Under the pieces are notes generated by a model. That model was given only the letters and a program-made list of their open reading frames with translations. It did not search any database and was not told the DNA's origin. This document shows, piece after piece, positions 53,354-63,069 of a DNA stretch of 64,000 nucleotides (the stretch's first letter is position 1; each line of letters opens with the position of its first letter). Where the stretch lies: positions 64,001 through 128,000 of the forward strand of contig JAYFMW010000028.1 in assembly GCA_042408215.1 (NCBI GenBank), in the 5' to 3' direction. The stretch comes from Microcoleus sp. (lineage in GTDB: Bacteria; Cyanobacteriota; Cyanobacteriia; Cyanobacteriales; Microcoleaceae). Position numbers and translations under genes: made by a program.

Positions 53354-54844
53354 ATGACACAGCAGAATATTCTGGAACTCGCTAAACAGGGAGATGCGAA
53401 GGCGATCGCGCTTCTGCTGAACCGCCAGCTACAAGCCAAGGGCATCACCGCCGCAGCTTCCCTGAAGGATGGTTGTTTACAGGTGATGCTGGAAGCGACA
53501 GAAGCGCCTAGTCAGCAAGTCTTGGCCGGGTGGGTTAGTAAGTCGATCGCTGGTTTGGGGGCTGCATCGATTGAGAAAGTGAAGGTTTACGGGCGACAGA
53601 CGGGCTCGAAGGTGCCGGCGTGGAGTCAAGAGTTTGAAGTGGCGGGGCAAAAATTGCCTGTTGCGAATGTAACACAGGGGCGGGCAAGTTCTAGTGAGAA
53701 TACGGAGTCAAATCAGCTTAGTTTGAAGGAACGGGCTAAGCTTGGGGATGTGGAGGCGATCGCCAGTCTGTTAAATCTTCCGTTACAGAATAAGGGGATT
53801 AGTGCGACTGCGAGTTTGCAAGATGGTTGTTTACAGGTGATGCTGGAGGGCGATCGGGTTCCTGATGAGGAGGCTTCTATCAGGATTGTCCGCAGGGAGT
53901 TGACGAATTTGAAGGCGGGGGCGATCGCTTCTGTGAAGGTTTACGGGCAGCAGGCGGGTGAGGATTTCCCGGCTTGGAATCGAGAGTTTGAGATAGTGGT
54001 AGAAACCCAGCCGGTAAAACAAAATAAGAGTTTTCAGTTAAACAAGCAGAACAACACAATTACAAATGACCTAGCAACCCCAATAATCGTTGGTCTTTTT
54101 ATATTATCTACTATCCTTTTGTTCATAAATTGGTTTTGGGCAATTATTATATTTAGTTTAGCTTGTTGTGCTGCTACCCAAATACCAGCGCAACCTCTTG
54201 CAAACGCTCAATCTATAGATCAGTTGAAAAGCTCCGATGATTTAGTAAAAGAGCCAAGATCAGAAGTTCATCTCAAAGCTGAAAATTATACAGCTATTAA
54301 ACAAAAAGGTCTTATAGATGTAAATGAGCAAGTTGTATTCTATCAAACAGCCACTTACAAAGGTGGAGTTCGAGGTTATCCCAATGCTTCTCAAAATCCT
54401 GGATTTGCATTTGTTCTCGATTATTCCTTTGCATTTTATGACAATCAAGTTTTATGCAAATTAGCTTATGAACGTATAATCGAAGCAAAACTCGATTTTT
54501 TTGAGATGAGTGGTGTGCGTGGCTTCCTAGCGTCTGGTGATGTAGGACGACAGCTTCAACAAACAAAGAATACTTTAGAATTATGTTACTTAGATGATGA
54601 AAATACAGAACGGAGTGCAAGATTTCAGATTCACGGAGCTCTGACTATAGCAGGGGAAGCGGAAAAAGCTAGGGAATTTATCAATTATCTTCTTGAATTT
54701 AAGGGACAGTTTGCAAGTAAGTCAGGCAATACTCAATCCGATCCTATTTCTAAGTTGGAAAAATTGAAAAAGCTAAGAGATCAAGGATTAATTACTGAGT
54801 CGGAATTTGACGATAAAAAGCGAAAACTACTTGATCTGTTATAA
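53354..54844 (+). CDS. Membrane protein: duplicated conserved N-terminal domain + TM pair + PH-like region + SHOCT
   Basis: Two AK.GD..AIA.LLN..LQ.KGI.A.ASL.DGCLQVMLE repeats; C-terminal KLEKLKKLRDQGLITESEFDDKKRKLL (SHOCT). Confidence 0.8.
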   Translation: MTQQNILELAKQGDAKAIALLLNRQLQAKGITAAASLKDGCLQVMLEATEAPSQQVLAGWVSKSIAGLGAASIEKVKVYGRQTGSKVPAWSQEFEVAGQKLPVANVTQGRASSSENTESNQLSLKERAKLGDVEAIASLLNLPLQNKGISATASLQDGCLQVMLEGDRVPDEEASIRIVRRELTNLKAGAIASVKVYGQQAGEDFPAWNREFEIVVETQPVKQNKSFQLNKQNNTITNDLATPIIVGLFILSTILLFINWFWAIIIFSLACCAATQIPAQPLANAQSIDQLKSSDDLVKEPRSEVHLKAENYTAIKQKGLIDVNEQVVFYQTATYKGGVRGYPNASQNPGFAFVLDYSFAFYDNQVLCKLAYERIIEAKLDFFEMSGVRGFLASGDVGRQLQQTKNTLELCYLDDENTERSARFQIHGALTIAGEAEKAREFINYLLEFKGQFASKSGNTQSDPISKLEKLKKLRDQGLITESEFDDKKRKLLDLL

Positions 54845-54910
54845 AGACATATTTTTCAATGCTGTGAATCTGTATTCGCCTGCTGGAACTGCCAAAGGTC
54901 GCCATATTGC

Positions 54911-54939
54911 TTGACAACCTCTAGTATTTGGACAATAAT
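54911..54939 (+). promoter_or_regulatory. Sigma70-type promoter TTGACA-N17-AATAAT
   Basis: Same -35/-10 and spacing as at 53272, with a different spacer sequence. Confidence 0.6.
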
Positions 54940-54991
54940 TTATACTTAGACAGTAAAAGGTTATTCTAAGCGCTAGTTGTATCTACCTGTT

Positions 54992-56956
54992 ATGACACAA
55001 CCGAATATTTTGGAACTCGCGAAACAGGGAGATGCAAAGGCGATCGCGCTTCTGCTGAACCGCCAGCTACAAGCTAAGGGCATCACCGCCGCAGCTTCCC
55101 TTAAGGATGGTTGTTTACAGGTGATGTTGGAAGCCGCAGAAGCGCCTAGTCAGCAAGTCTTGGCCTCGTGGGTGAGTAAGTCGATCGCTGGTTTGGGGGC
55201 TGCATCGATTGAGAAAGTGAAGGTTTACGGGCGACAGACGGGCGCAAAGGTGCCGGCGTGGAGTCAAGAGTTTGAAGTGGCGGGGCTAAAGTTGCCTGTT
55301 ACGGATGTTACAGAGGGGCGGGCAAGTCCTAGTGAAAATACGGAGTCTAATCAGCTTAGTTTGAAGGAACGGGCTAAGCTTGGGGATGTGGAGGCGATCG
55401 CATCTCTGTTAAATCTTCCGTTACAGAATAAGGGAATTAGTGCGACTGCGAGTTTGCAAGATGGTTGTTTGCAAGTGATGCTGGAGGGCGATCGGGTTCC
55501 TGATGAGGAGGTTTCTATCAGGATTGTCCGCAGGGAGTTGACGAATTTGAAGGCGGGGGCGATCGCTTCTGTGAAGGTTTACGGGCAGCAGGCGGGTGAG
55601 GATTTTCCGGCTTGGAATCGAGAGTTTGAGATAGTGGTACAAGTAAGTCACCCAACGTCTAAAGCTGATACTTCAACGCCTAAGCCATCCAAGAAAGTTG
55701 AAACTGAAGAATTAGTTGAAATGCTTGTTCCTGGGCTTAAGCAACTCAAAAATGGGATAACAGGTATTGGCGTGGCCTGGTTATTAGGTGCTTTTATTGG
55801 TTACTTATGGATGTTTTGGGTTGGGCTGATTATTCATGCAATCTACATTTGGAAATATTTTGATAAACAAGTTATAAAAATAGTCTCTATTTTGGCTGAC
55901 CAGTTCAATAATTTAGTGTCATCTAATACCACTTTTAACACTCAACCCAAAGCTGAGAATGGCAACACATCAACAAAATTCACCGTTAGTGGCACTCAAT
56001 CTCATCAGAATAAACAGTCTTGTCCTCGCACCTACTTGGGTGCATCTATCTTAGTAACCATCCTGGCTTTCCCTCCTTTAGGAATAGCAGCAATAATCTT
56101 TGCTGCTCAGGTTGTAAGTAAATATGAGCAAGGGGATTACGAAGGAGCTAAATCTAATTCTAATACAGCTAAGGTTTTGTGTATTGTAGGTGGCGCCATT
56201 GCGGTTACTTTTTATGTGTTGCTGCTTTCAGTTTTTGGGATATCACTGTTTGCTAACACTCAACTTGAAAGCCAAGCTAAACAATCGGAAGCTAAACAAT
56301 ATATTAGTTCTATTAATAGAGGTCAACAAGCTTATTACGCAGAACATACTAAATTCTCCTCTACGATAGAAGAAATAGGATTGGGGCTAAAAACAGAAAC
56401 AAACAATTACAAATATACTATTTTTAGCGTAGATAACACGAAAGTTATAGCATCAGCAACAGCAAAAAATAAAAACTTAAAAAGTTATACAGGAGCAGTT
56501 TTTTCAATTAAGGGTATTGATGGTAATGATACTACAAAAGCTGATGTTTGTGAAACAGATAGACCATCTCAAACACCTCCTAATATACCTCAATTAATTG
56601 GCAACGACATTCAATGTCCTGCTGGCTCTGTGTCTTTAGATTCATTAAAATCTGTGTCTCCCGATTCATTAAAATCGGATAGTACAAAAGTTGGTGTTGA
56701 AGTTCCCACACATCCGTCGTGTTCAAGAAAATATGTAAGCGTTAAACTAGATACATTTGAAAACTGTCTAGTTGACGGAATGACATATTCTCAAGTGGCA
56801 AATGTTCTTGGTTATGCGGGTAAACTTCAGTCTCAATCTGGTAGCATAGAGATGTGGCAGTGGAACGATGGTGAAGGCAAATATTTATCTGCTATTTTTT
56901 CTGATGGTAAGTTGATGAGTAAATCACAGATAGGTTTAGAACCTGGTAGAGATTAG
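54992..56956 (+). CDS. Membrane protein: same duplicated N-terminal domain + TM + CD225/dispanin-like + type IV pilin-like + small C-terminal domain
   Basis: CPRTYLGASILVTILAFPPLGIAAIIFAAQV..KY.QGDYEGAK..S..AK (CD225-like); AKQSEAKQYISSINRGQQAYY.E..KF (cyanobacterial pilin-like); GMTY.QV..VLG..G. Confidence 0.8.
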   Translation: MTQPNILELAKQGDAKAIALLLNRQLQAKGITAAASLKDGCLQVMLEAAEAPSQQVLASWVSKSIAGLGAASIEKVKVYGRQTGAKVPAWSQEFEVAGLKLPVTDVTEGRASPSENTESNQLSLKERAKLGDVEAIASLLNLPLQNKGISATASLQDGCLQVMLEGDRVPDEEVSIRIVRRELTNLKAGAIASVKVYGQQAGEDFPAWNREFEIVVQVSHPTSKADTSTPKPSKKVETEELVEMLVPGLKQLKNGITGIGVAWLLGAFIGYLWMFWVGLIIHAIYIWKYFDKQVIKIVSILADQFNNLVSSNTTFNTQPKAENGNTSTKFTVSGTQSHQNKQSCPRTYLGASILVTILAFPPLGIAAIIFAAQVVSKYEQGDYEGAKSNSNTAKVLCIVGGAIAVTFYVLLLSVFGISLFANTQLESQAKQSEAKQYISSINRGQQAYYAEHTKFSSTIEEIGLGLKTETNNYKYTIFSVDNTKVIASATAKNKNLKSYTGAVFSIKGIDGNDTTKADVCETDRPSQTPPNIPQLIGNDIQCPAGSVSLDSLKSVSPDSLKSDSTKVGVEVPTHPSCSRKYVSVKLDTFENCLVDGMTYSQVANVLGYAGKLQSQSGSIEMWQWNDGEGKYLSAIFSDGKLMSKSQIGLEPGRD

Positions 56957-57136
56957 AAGATACATAAAGTAACTGTCGCCTCCTCTACCAACTTTTGAAA
57001 AATCGCGATCGCCCTTACATCCCAACTTGTCAAAAAGCGCATCGCGCCTCTTCCCCTGTACTTGCAAAAAAATTACATCCAAGATAAACTAGGAAATAGA
57101 AACTAAGCAACCTCTGATGCTGAAAGCAAAAATATA

Positions 57137-57349
57137 ATGAAAACTAAAAGCTTCACAGTCATCATTTACAAAGAAGAAGATATGTACATTGCCGAATGTC
57201 CAGAAGTCGGCACAATTGACCAAGGCGAAACCATAGAACAAGCGATCGCCAATCTCAAAGAAGCTACAAGGCTCTATCTCGAAGAGTGTCCTTTACCCGA
57301 CGAAATGACTCCCAGGTTTGTCACTAGCATAGAGGTTAGCTATGCCTAG
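57137..57349 (+). CDS. hicB: HicB-family antitoxin
   Basis: FTVIIYKEEDMYIAECPEVG...QGETIEQAIANLKEA. Confidence 0.88.
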   Translation: MKTKSFTVIIYKEEDMYIAECPEVGTIDQGETIEQAIANLKEATRLYLEECPLPDEMTPRFVTSIEVSYA

Positions 57350-57569
57350 GTTGCCCAGAATATCAAGCCTAGAAGTAATTCGCGTACTAGAGCGTTTAGA
57401 CTTTTATCAAGCCAGACAAACGGGTAGCCACGTTGTCCTTAAAAAGCCTCTTCCAGACGGAGAAATTGTTTGCGTTGTGCCACTCCACCGCGAGTTAAAA
57501 ATTGGTACTCTCAGCGGTGTTCTAAAGCAAGCAAAGGTCACACCTGATGAGTTTATAGCTAATTTATAA
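57342..57569 (+). CDS. hicA: HicA-family toxin
   Basis: RQTGSHVVL, VPLHRELKIGTL..VLKQA; overlaps hicB. Confidence 0.9.
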   Translation: MPRLPRISSLEVIRVLERLDFYQARQTGSHVVLKKPLPDGEIVCVVPLHRELKIGTLSGVLKQAKVTPDEFIANL

Positions 57570-57715
57570 GTGAGAATAAACGGGTTTCCCAGTAGATGAG
57601 TTTTTGTAGCTTGTAGGGGTCGATCGCGATCGTAATGAAATAGCGATCGCCCTTACGTCCCAAATAGTCAAAAAGTGCGATCGCCCCTCGCCTCTATTTT
57701 TCAAAAAAACGCTGC

Positions 57716-58120
57716 TTACTGATAAAGATTGTGGTTCGGATCTAACCAAACAATATAAAACACATCCTCAATAAAGAATCCATGCACTCGACCATGCTCG
57801 TTAGTTGACAGAGAAAACTGATAAGGAACCGTTACCAATTCTTTTTCATTCGGAATACCAAACCCATTGGGTTCCGTTGTTTCTCGCCACTTAATGGGAT
57901 GACAGCGAAGGGATTGACTGCGATTCATCTTCACTTCTTGTGCTGTCAATGTGGATAAATCGCGCAGTCTTTCCAATAAAATAATGAAATAATTCGCATC
58001 CCGATCGCGAATTGAGAATTTTTCATTCTGAGTTTGCATGTACTTGAACGAAAATCCCAAGCCTTCGGGCGATTTCGGTTGAGAAGGGACAATTTTAGAC
58101 AGAGGTTTCTTCTTTGACAC
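57716..58120 (-). CDS. Putative toxin paired with a Panacea antitoxin
   Basis: Overlaps the Panacea gene; FSFKY..CHPI.W..GRVHGFF...FYIVWLDPNHNLY. Confidence 0.65.
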   Translation of the reverse strand: MSKKKPLSKIVPSQPKSPEGLGFSFKYMQTQNEKFSIRDRDANYFIILLERLRDLSTLTAQEVKMNRSQSLRCHPIKWRETTEPNGFGIPNEKELVTVPYQFSLSTNEHGRVHGFFIEDVFYIVWLDPNHNLYQ

Positions 58121-58727
58121 GACCAGAATAATATTTTTTCATCGATTCTTGAGAAATAATGGCATGACAAGATTCGTCTCTCGGCAAATTCCCTCTCGCT
58201 TCCAGCCAAGGCATTTCACTGCAAATCATTCGTTCCAAAGTTTCATCATCATACTCAAAATATGCCTCACCAACTTCTTCTATAAATTGCCCAATTTTTT
58301 GGGGAAGTTTCGGTTGTTCAATTTTCTCTGTAATTGGTTCCCAACTAAATTGGCATTGATACTTCTCCAATAAATCAGGAATAACTGGCCCGTGAATCCA
58401 GGCTTGAAAATCTGCATCAAAGAGTGGCTTGCCGTAAACTCCTAAATACCAAGCTTGAGCGTAATACAAGAGTTTTTGTAGCTTGTAGACGTTGATTGCT
58501 ACATTATTTTGCGAAGCTAACCAAATGAAAGCATTTGCAATATCTCGATCGCTGATTTTTTCCGAATTAGTTGCAACCGCAACAACTTTCAGTTTGCCTT
58601 CGCCTATCTGTTCCAATAGTTCATAAACTGACAAGTTAAATTCTCCGGCAATTTGCTCAACTTTTTGCCAGACTGGAGAACTTACAGTCACTTGATATTC
58701 ATTTTTTGTTGAAGTAGTTTGAGTCAT
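58095..58727 (-). CDS. Panacea (DUF4065/SocA) antitoxin with an N-terminal extension
   Basis: KLQKLLYYAQ, FQAWIHGPV..L, E.PW..AR motifs. Confidence 0.88.
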   Translation of the reverse strand: MTQTTSTKNEYQVTVSSPVWQKVEQIAGEFNLSVYELLEQIGEGKLKVVAVATNSEKISDRDIANAFIWLASQNNVAINVYKLQKLLYYAQAWYLGVYGKPLFDADFQAWIHGPVIPDLLEKYQCQFSWEPITEKIEQPKLPQKIGQFIEEVGEAYFEYDDETLERMICSEMPWLEARGNLPRDESCHAIISQESMKKYYSGRVKEETSV

Positions 58728-58817
58728 GGCAGTTTTTAGAGCTGACTTAAATAATTGTAGCAAACAGTGCGGAATAATGACGTAATTGCGATCGCCCTAA
58801 CTACTTGATTAATTAAC

Positions 58818-59135
58818 CTACTTTACCGCGACAGCTAACTGGAACCCCAGTTTATCTAGTAAAACTATCAAAGCATAAATTTCCTCACCCCCACTCTCAG
58901 ACAACATCCGATCGAGTTTCTCATATATAAATTTAGCTTCCGTCGATAACTTATTCATCTGCAAATAAGCATCCACCACATCTTTAAGTCCTGCTCGCAG
59001 CAATTCTGGTTCTGGTGTTTCAGACTCTAATTCCAACATAACCTCGATATAGCTAGCAGCACTTTCAGGTTTTTTCAGAGAAGAAATCAAGTATTCATGG
59101 TAGCTTCTACTTGTTGGCACTTTGAGTTCTTTCAT
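58818..59135 (-). CDS. Addiction-module antidote (HigA-like)
   Basis: YHEYLISSLK.PE.AA.YI; LDKLGFQLAV; overlaps the upstream toxin. Confidence 0.75.
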   Translation of the reverse strand: MKELKVPTSRSYHEYLISSLKKPESAASYIEVMLELESETPEPELLRAGLKDVVDAYLQMNKLSTEAKFIYEKLDRMLSESGGEEIYALIVLLDKLGFQLAVAVK

Positions 59136-59451
59136 AATCTCTCCAATATTTTTTAGCTTGGCTAATATCTTGCTCTTGAGTGCTTTTATCACCGCCACAT
59201 AGCAGCAACACAACTGTTAACCCGATTTGTCCAAAATAGATGCGATAGCCAGGGCCATAATCAATCTTAAGTTCATAAACTCCGGCTCCTAGTGAGCGAT
59301 AATCTCCCAGATTGCCTAGCTCAACTCGCCTGAGTCGTTTCTTGATTTTAGATACGGTTTTCGTATCTTGAAAGGAATCAAGCCATCCTTCAAAGGGACT
59401 TGTCCCATCGGCTTTTAGGTAGTTCTGTACTTCTCGTGGTTGAGCTTCCAT
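59107..59451 (-). CDS. RelE/ParE-superfamily addiction-module killer (HigB-like)
   Basis: SPFEGWL, RVELGNLGD, ELKIDYGPGYRIYF, LLCGGDKSTQ. Confidence 0.9.
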   Translation of the reverse strand: MEAQPREVQNYLKADGTSPFEGWLDSFQDTKTVSKIKKRLRRVELGNLGDYRSLGAGVYELKIDYGPGYRIYFGQIGLTVVLLLCGGDKSTQEQDISQAKKYWRDYERTQSANK

Positions 59452-59507
59452 AATTTTAACACAGGCGATCGGGATTTTAAGAGGAGTGGTAGCGTGTCGC
59501 CAGTTTT

Positions 59508-59748
59508 TTAAGCCTTCTGACTCAAGTGCAAGTCACCCACAATCGGTAATTCAAATACATTACTCTCTCGCAACCGCTTTGAGAAAAACATAACTTCCAG
59601 ATTTTCAATTTCCTCCGTGTCAGGATTTAGACGAGCCACAATTCCATAGTCTAGTTCTGGCGATTCTTGCTCTGCATAAGATGAACATTTATTGACGTAC
59701 AAAATATCCCCAATAGCATCGTATTTAAAAGTTAATTTTTCTGCCCTA
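59508..59748 (-). pseudogene. DUF2283-like protein, start codon apparently lost
   Basis: AEKLTFKYDAIGDILYV...LDYGIVARLNP.T.EIENLE; AGG sits where ATG is expected; a hicB fragment lies immediately upstream. Confidence 0.5.
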
Positions 59749-59848
59749 TTATCTCTCGCCAATCTCAAAGAAGCTACAAAACTCTATCTCGAAGAATGTC
59801 CCTTATTAAATCCCCGACTTCTTTAAGAAGTCGGGGTTCTGACTACTC

Positions 59849-61486
59849 TTACAAATTACAACTCAGATCCCCAGATTGTTGACTGAAACGCGCATTTTCC
59901 CGGTAGTCAACCGGACAGTCAATCACGCAAGGTACATCTTGAGCAAGGGCTTCTTTCAGGATAGGAATTAAATCAGTTGCAGCTTCCACACGATAGCCTT
60001 TTAAACCCATACTTTCGGCAAATTTCACAAAATCGGGATTGCCAAATTTGATGAAATCGGAATGACCAAATTGATCTTCTTGCTTCCATTCAATCAAACC
60101 GTAACCGCCGTCATTAAAGATCAGCGTCACAAAATTAGTACCGACTCGCAAAGCAGTTTCTAACTCTTGGCAATTCATCATAAAACCGCCGTCTCCCGTG
60201 GCTGCTACTACTTTGCGATCGGGATAAACCAGTTTTGCAGCCAACGCACCCGGAATTGCAATTCCCATCGCCGCAAAGCCGTTGGAAATTAAACAGGTAT
60301 TTGGGCGATCGCAATGATAGTGCCGCGCGATCCACATTTTGTGAGCTCCCACGTCAGATATCACAATATCATCAGGCCCCATCACCTGCCGCAAATCGTA
60401 AATGATTTTCTGTGGCTTAATTGGAAAACCATCATCCGCTGCATATTGTTCATAGCCCGCGCGAATATCTGCCCGCAATTGCTTAGCAAAAGGATCGGCT
60501 TTTCCGGTTCTATCCGCACGCTGTAAAATTTCATTGAGCGAATCAGAAATATCTCCCACAACTTCAACAAGAGGAATATAACTACTGTCGATTTCTGATG
60601 GCAAAGCTCCTATGTGAATAATTGGAATTTTGCCGTCAGGATTCCACTTTTTCGGGGAATATTCAATTAAATCGTAGCCAACAGCAATCACTAAATCCGT
60701 TTCTTCAAAAGCACAACTAATGTAATCCCGTTTTTGCAATCCCGTTGTCCAAAGTGCCAAAGGATGAGTGTAAGGAACTACACCTTTGCCCATGAAAGTA
60801 TTAGCTACTGGAATATTCAATCGAGTCGCAAATTCTGTCACCGCTTCGCTGGCATGAGCTCGGATCGCTCCATTTCCTATTAACAACAAAGGACTTTTTG
60901 CCTTGGAAATTGCGACAGCAGCTTTATTCAGACTTTGGTAAGCACCAAAAGTTTTTTCTCGGTTGTCTTTGGTGAGCGGATATCCTTCCACAGCCATTGC
61001 TGCGATGTTTTCGGGCAAGTCAATGTGAACTGCTCCCGGCTTTTCACTCTGAGCTACCTTAAAGGCTTTGCGGACAATTTCTGGCGTTGTACCGGGTCGA
61101 ACAATTTGAGCATTCCACTTAGTAACTGGAGCAAACATAGCCACCAAATCTAAATATTGGTGCGATTCTATGTGCATTCTGTCCGTGCCGACTTGTCCGG
61201 TAATTGCTACTAGAGGAGCGCCGTCTAAGTTGGCGTCAGCAACGCCTGTCATTAGGTTAGTTGCGCCGGGCCCCAAGGTGGACAAGCAAACGCCGGCTTT
61301 GCCGGTGAGGCGGCCGTAAACGTCGGCCATGAAAGCAGCGCCTTGTTCGTGGCGAGTAGTAATAAATTTAATTGAGGAGTTTCTTAGGGCTTCTAGAACT
61401 TCTAGATTTTCTTCGCCAGGGAGTCCAAAAACGTATTCGACGCCTTCGTTTTCTAAACATTTTACCAGTAGTTGAGCTGTGTTCAT
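59849..61486 (-). CDS. ogdA: ThDP-dependent acetolactate-synthase-like enzyme, probably 2-oxoglutarate decarboxylase
   Basis: FGLPGEEN, RHEQGAAFMAD, GDGGFMMN..ND; follows the SSADH gene on the same strand. Confidence 0.8.
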   Translation of the reverse strand: MNTAQLLVKCLENEGVEYVFGLPGEENLEVLEALRNSSIKFITTRHEQGAAFMADVYGRLTGKAGVCLSTLGPGATNLMTGVADANLDGAPLVAITGQVGTDRMHIESHQYLDLVAMFAPVTKWNAQIVRPGTTPEIVRKAFKVAQSEKPGAVHIDLPENIAAMAVEGYPLTKDNREKTFGAYQSLNKAAVAISKAKSPLLLIGNGAIRAHASEAVTEFATRLNIPVANTFMGKGVVPYTHPLALWTTGLQKRDYISCAFEETDLVIAVGYDLIEYSPKKWNPDGKIPIIHIGALPSEIDSSYIPLVEVVGDISDSLNEILQRADRTGKADPFAKQLRADIRAGYEQYAADDGFPIKPQKIIYDLRQVMGPDDIVISDVGAHKMWIARHYHCDRPNTCLISNGFAAMGIAIPGALAAKLVYPDRKVVAATGDGGFMMNCQELETALRVGTNFVTLIFNDGGYGLIEWKQEDQFGHSDFIKFGNPDFVKFAESMGLKGYRVEAATDLIPILKEALAQDVPCVIDCPVDYRENARFSQQSGDLSCNL

Positions 61487-61701
61487 TTCCGTTTTTGTCC
61501 TAGGTAATTGGGAATTTGTTGTCTTGATCAACTTCTCGCAAAAATACTAACAGTCCTCGACGCAACTGTCACATCATGTAGGGTGCGTCAGATGGTAAAA
61601 CCCTTATTTTTCGTACTAAACTGAAGACTGACGCACCCTACATCGTCGTTAAAGTGTGTCATATTAATTTAGATTCTTGCCAGAAGTTGAGCGAGTTTTG
61701 T

Positions 61702-63069
61702 TTATTTTACCCACACTGTTTTAATGTTAACAAATTCGTGAATTCCTTGGATGCTCAATTCGCGACCGTAACCGGAGCGTTTGATGCCACCGAAGGGCAA
61801 TCTGGGGTCTGATTTTACTAAACCGTTGATGAATACTGCGCCGGCTTCTAGTTCGGAAATAAACCGATCGCCTTCTGAGCTTACTGTAGTCCAAGCTGTC
61901 GCGGCTAAACCAAAGGATGTACTGTTGGCTAATTCTATGGCTTCATCGATGTCTGCAACCCGAAATACTAAGGCTACGGGCCCGAAAAATTCTTGTTGGC
62001 GCGCCGCAGCATCCAGGGGAATATCTGTCAAAATAGTTGGCAAGTAGAAGTTACCGCCATTCTCTGACAAAGGGCGGCCGCCTGTCAAAAGTTTTGCTCC
62101 TGACTGAATGCAAGCTTGCACTTGATTGTCCAATTCTTTGAGGATTTCGGGAGTAGCTAAAGGGCCGATATCGGTTTCTGGTAACATCGGATCGCCTACT
62201 TTTAATTCCTCGAATTTTTCGACAAATCCTTTGATGAATTCCTCGGCGATTTCTTCTGCTAAAATAAAGCGTTTAGCAGCTACGCAAGTTTGGCCGTTAT
62301 TGATCATCCGCGATGTTACAGCAGTTGATAAAGCTGCTGGTAAATCGGCGCTAGACATGACAATATATGGGTCACTTCCTCCCAATTCCAGCACAACTTT
62401 TTTCAAACTTTTGCCCGCATTTGCTGCTAAACTTTCACCAGCCGGTTCGCTACCGGTGAGAGTTGCTGCTTTGATGCGATCGTCCGTAACTATCTTAGCT
62501 ACTTTGTCGGCTCCCACTAACAATGTCTGAAAAACGCCCTCTGGAAATCCCGCTTCCGTGAAAATTTCCTCTATTTTCAAAGCGCACTGCGGCACATTAG
62601 AAGCGTGTTTGAGCAAGCCTACATTGCCCGCCATCAGCGCCGGTGCCGCAAACCGAAAAACTTGCCAAAATGGGAAATTCCAGGGCATGACGGCTAAAAT
62701 AGCGCCCAATGGTTGGTAACGGACAAAGCTGCTGCTAGCGTCGGTGGTGACTGGTACGTCTGCCATAAATATAGCGGCATTTTTGGCGTAGTAGCGACAA
62801 ACTAAGGCGCATTTTTCGACTTCGCCGATCGCAGATTTGAGGGTTTTCCCCATTTCCAAAGTCATCATTTCAGCGTAAATTTCGCGATCGCGCTCCAAGA
62901 TATCCGCAGCTTTTTGCATCCACAGAGCTCGCTGCTCAAAAGGCAAGCGACGGTATTTATTAAAAGCTTGCTGTGCTAACTCCAGCTTAGTTTCTATTTC
63001 CGCATCTGTGAGCGGATAAAAAGTTTTCAGCGTTTCTCCCGTTGTCGGGTTAATAGTAGCAATAGCCAT
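61702..63069 (-). CDS. gabD: Succinate-semialdehyde dehydrogenase
   Basis: VMPWNFP, LELGGSD, GQTC, EFFGP, PFGGIKRSGYGRE. Confidence 0.88.
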   Translation of the reverse strand: MAIATINPTTGETLKTFYPLTDAEIETKLELAQQAFNKYRRLPFEQRALWMQKAADILERDREIYAEMMTLEMGKTLKSAIGEVEKCALVCRYYAKNAAIFMADVPVTTDASSSFVRYQPLGAILAVMPWNFPFWQVFRFAAPALMAGNVGLLKHASNVPQCALKIEEIFTEAGFPEGVFQTLLVGADKVAKIVTDDRIKAATLTGSEPAGESLAANAGKSLKKVVLELGGSDPYIVMSSADLPAALSTAVTSRMINNGQTCVAAKRFILAEEIAEEFIKGFVEKFEELKVGDPMLPETDIGPLATPEILKELDNQVQACIQSGAKLLTGGRPLSENGGNFYLPTILTDIPLDAAARQQEFFGPVALVFRVADIDEAIELANSTSFGLAATAWTTVSSEGDRFISELEAGAVFINGLVKSDPRLPFGGIKRSGYGRELSIQGIHEFVNIKTVWVK

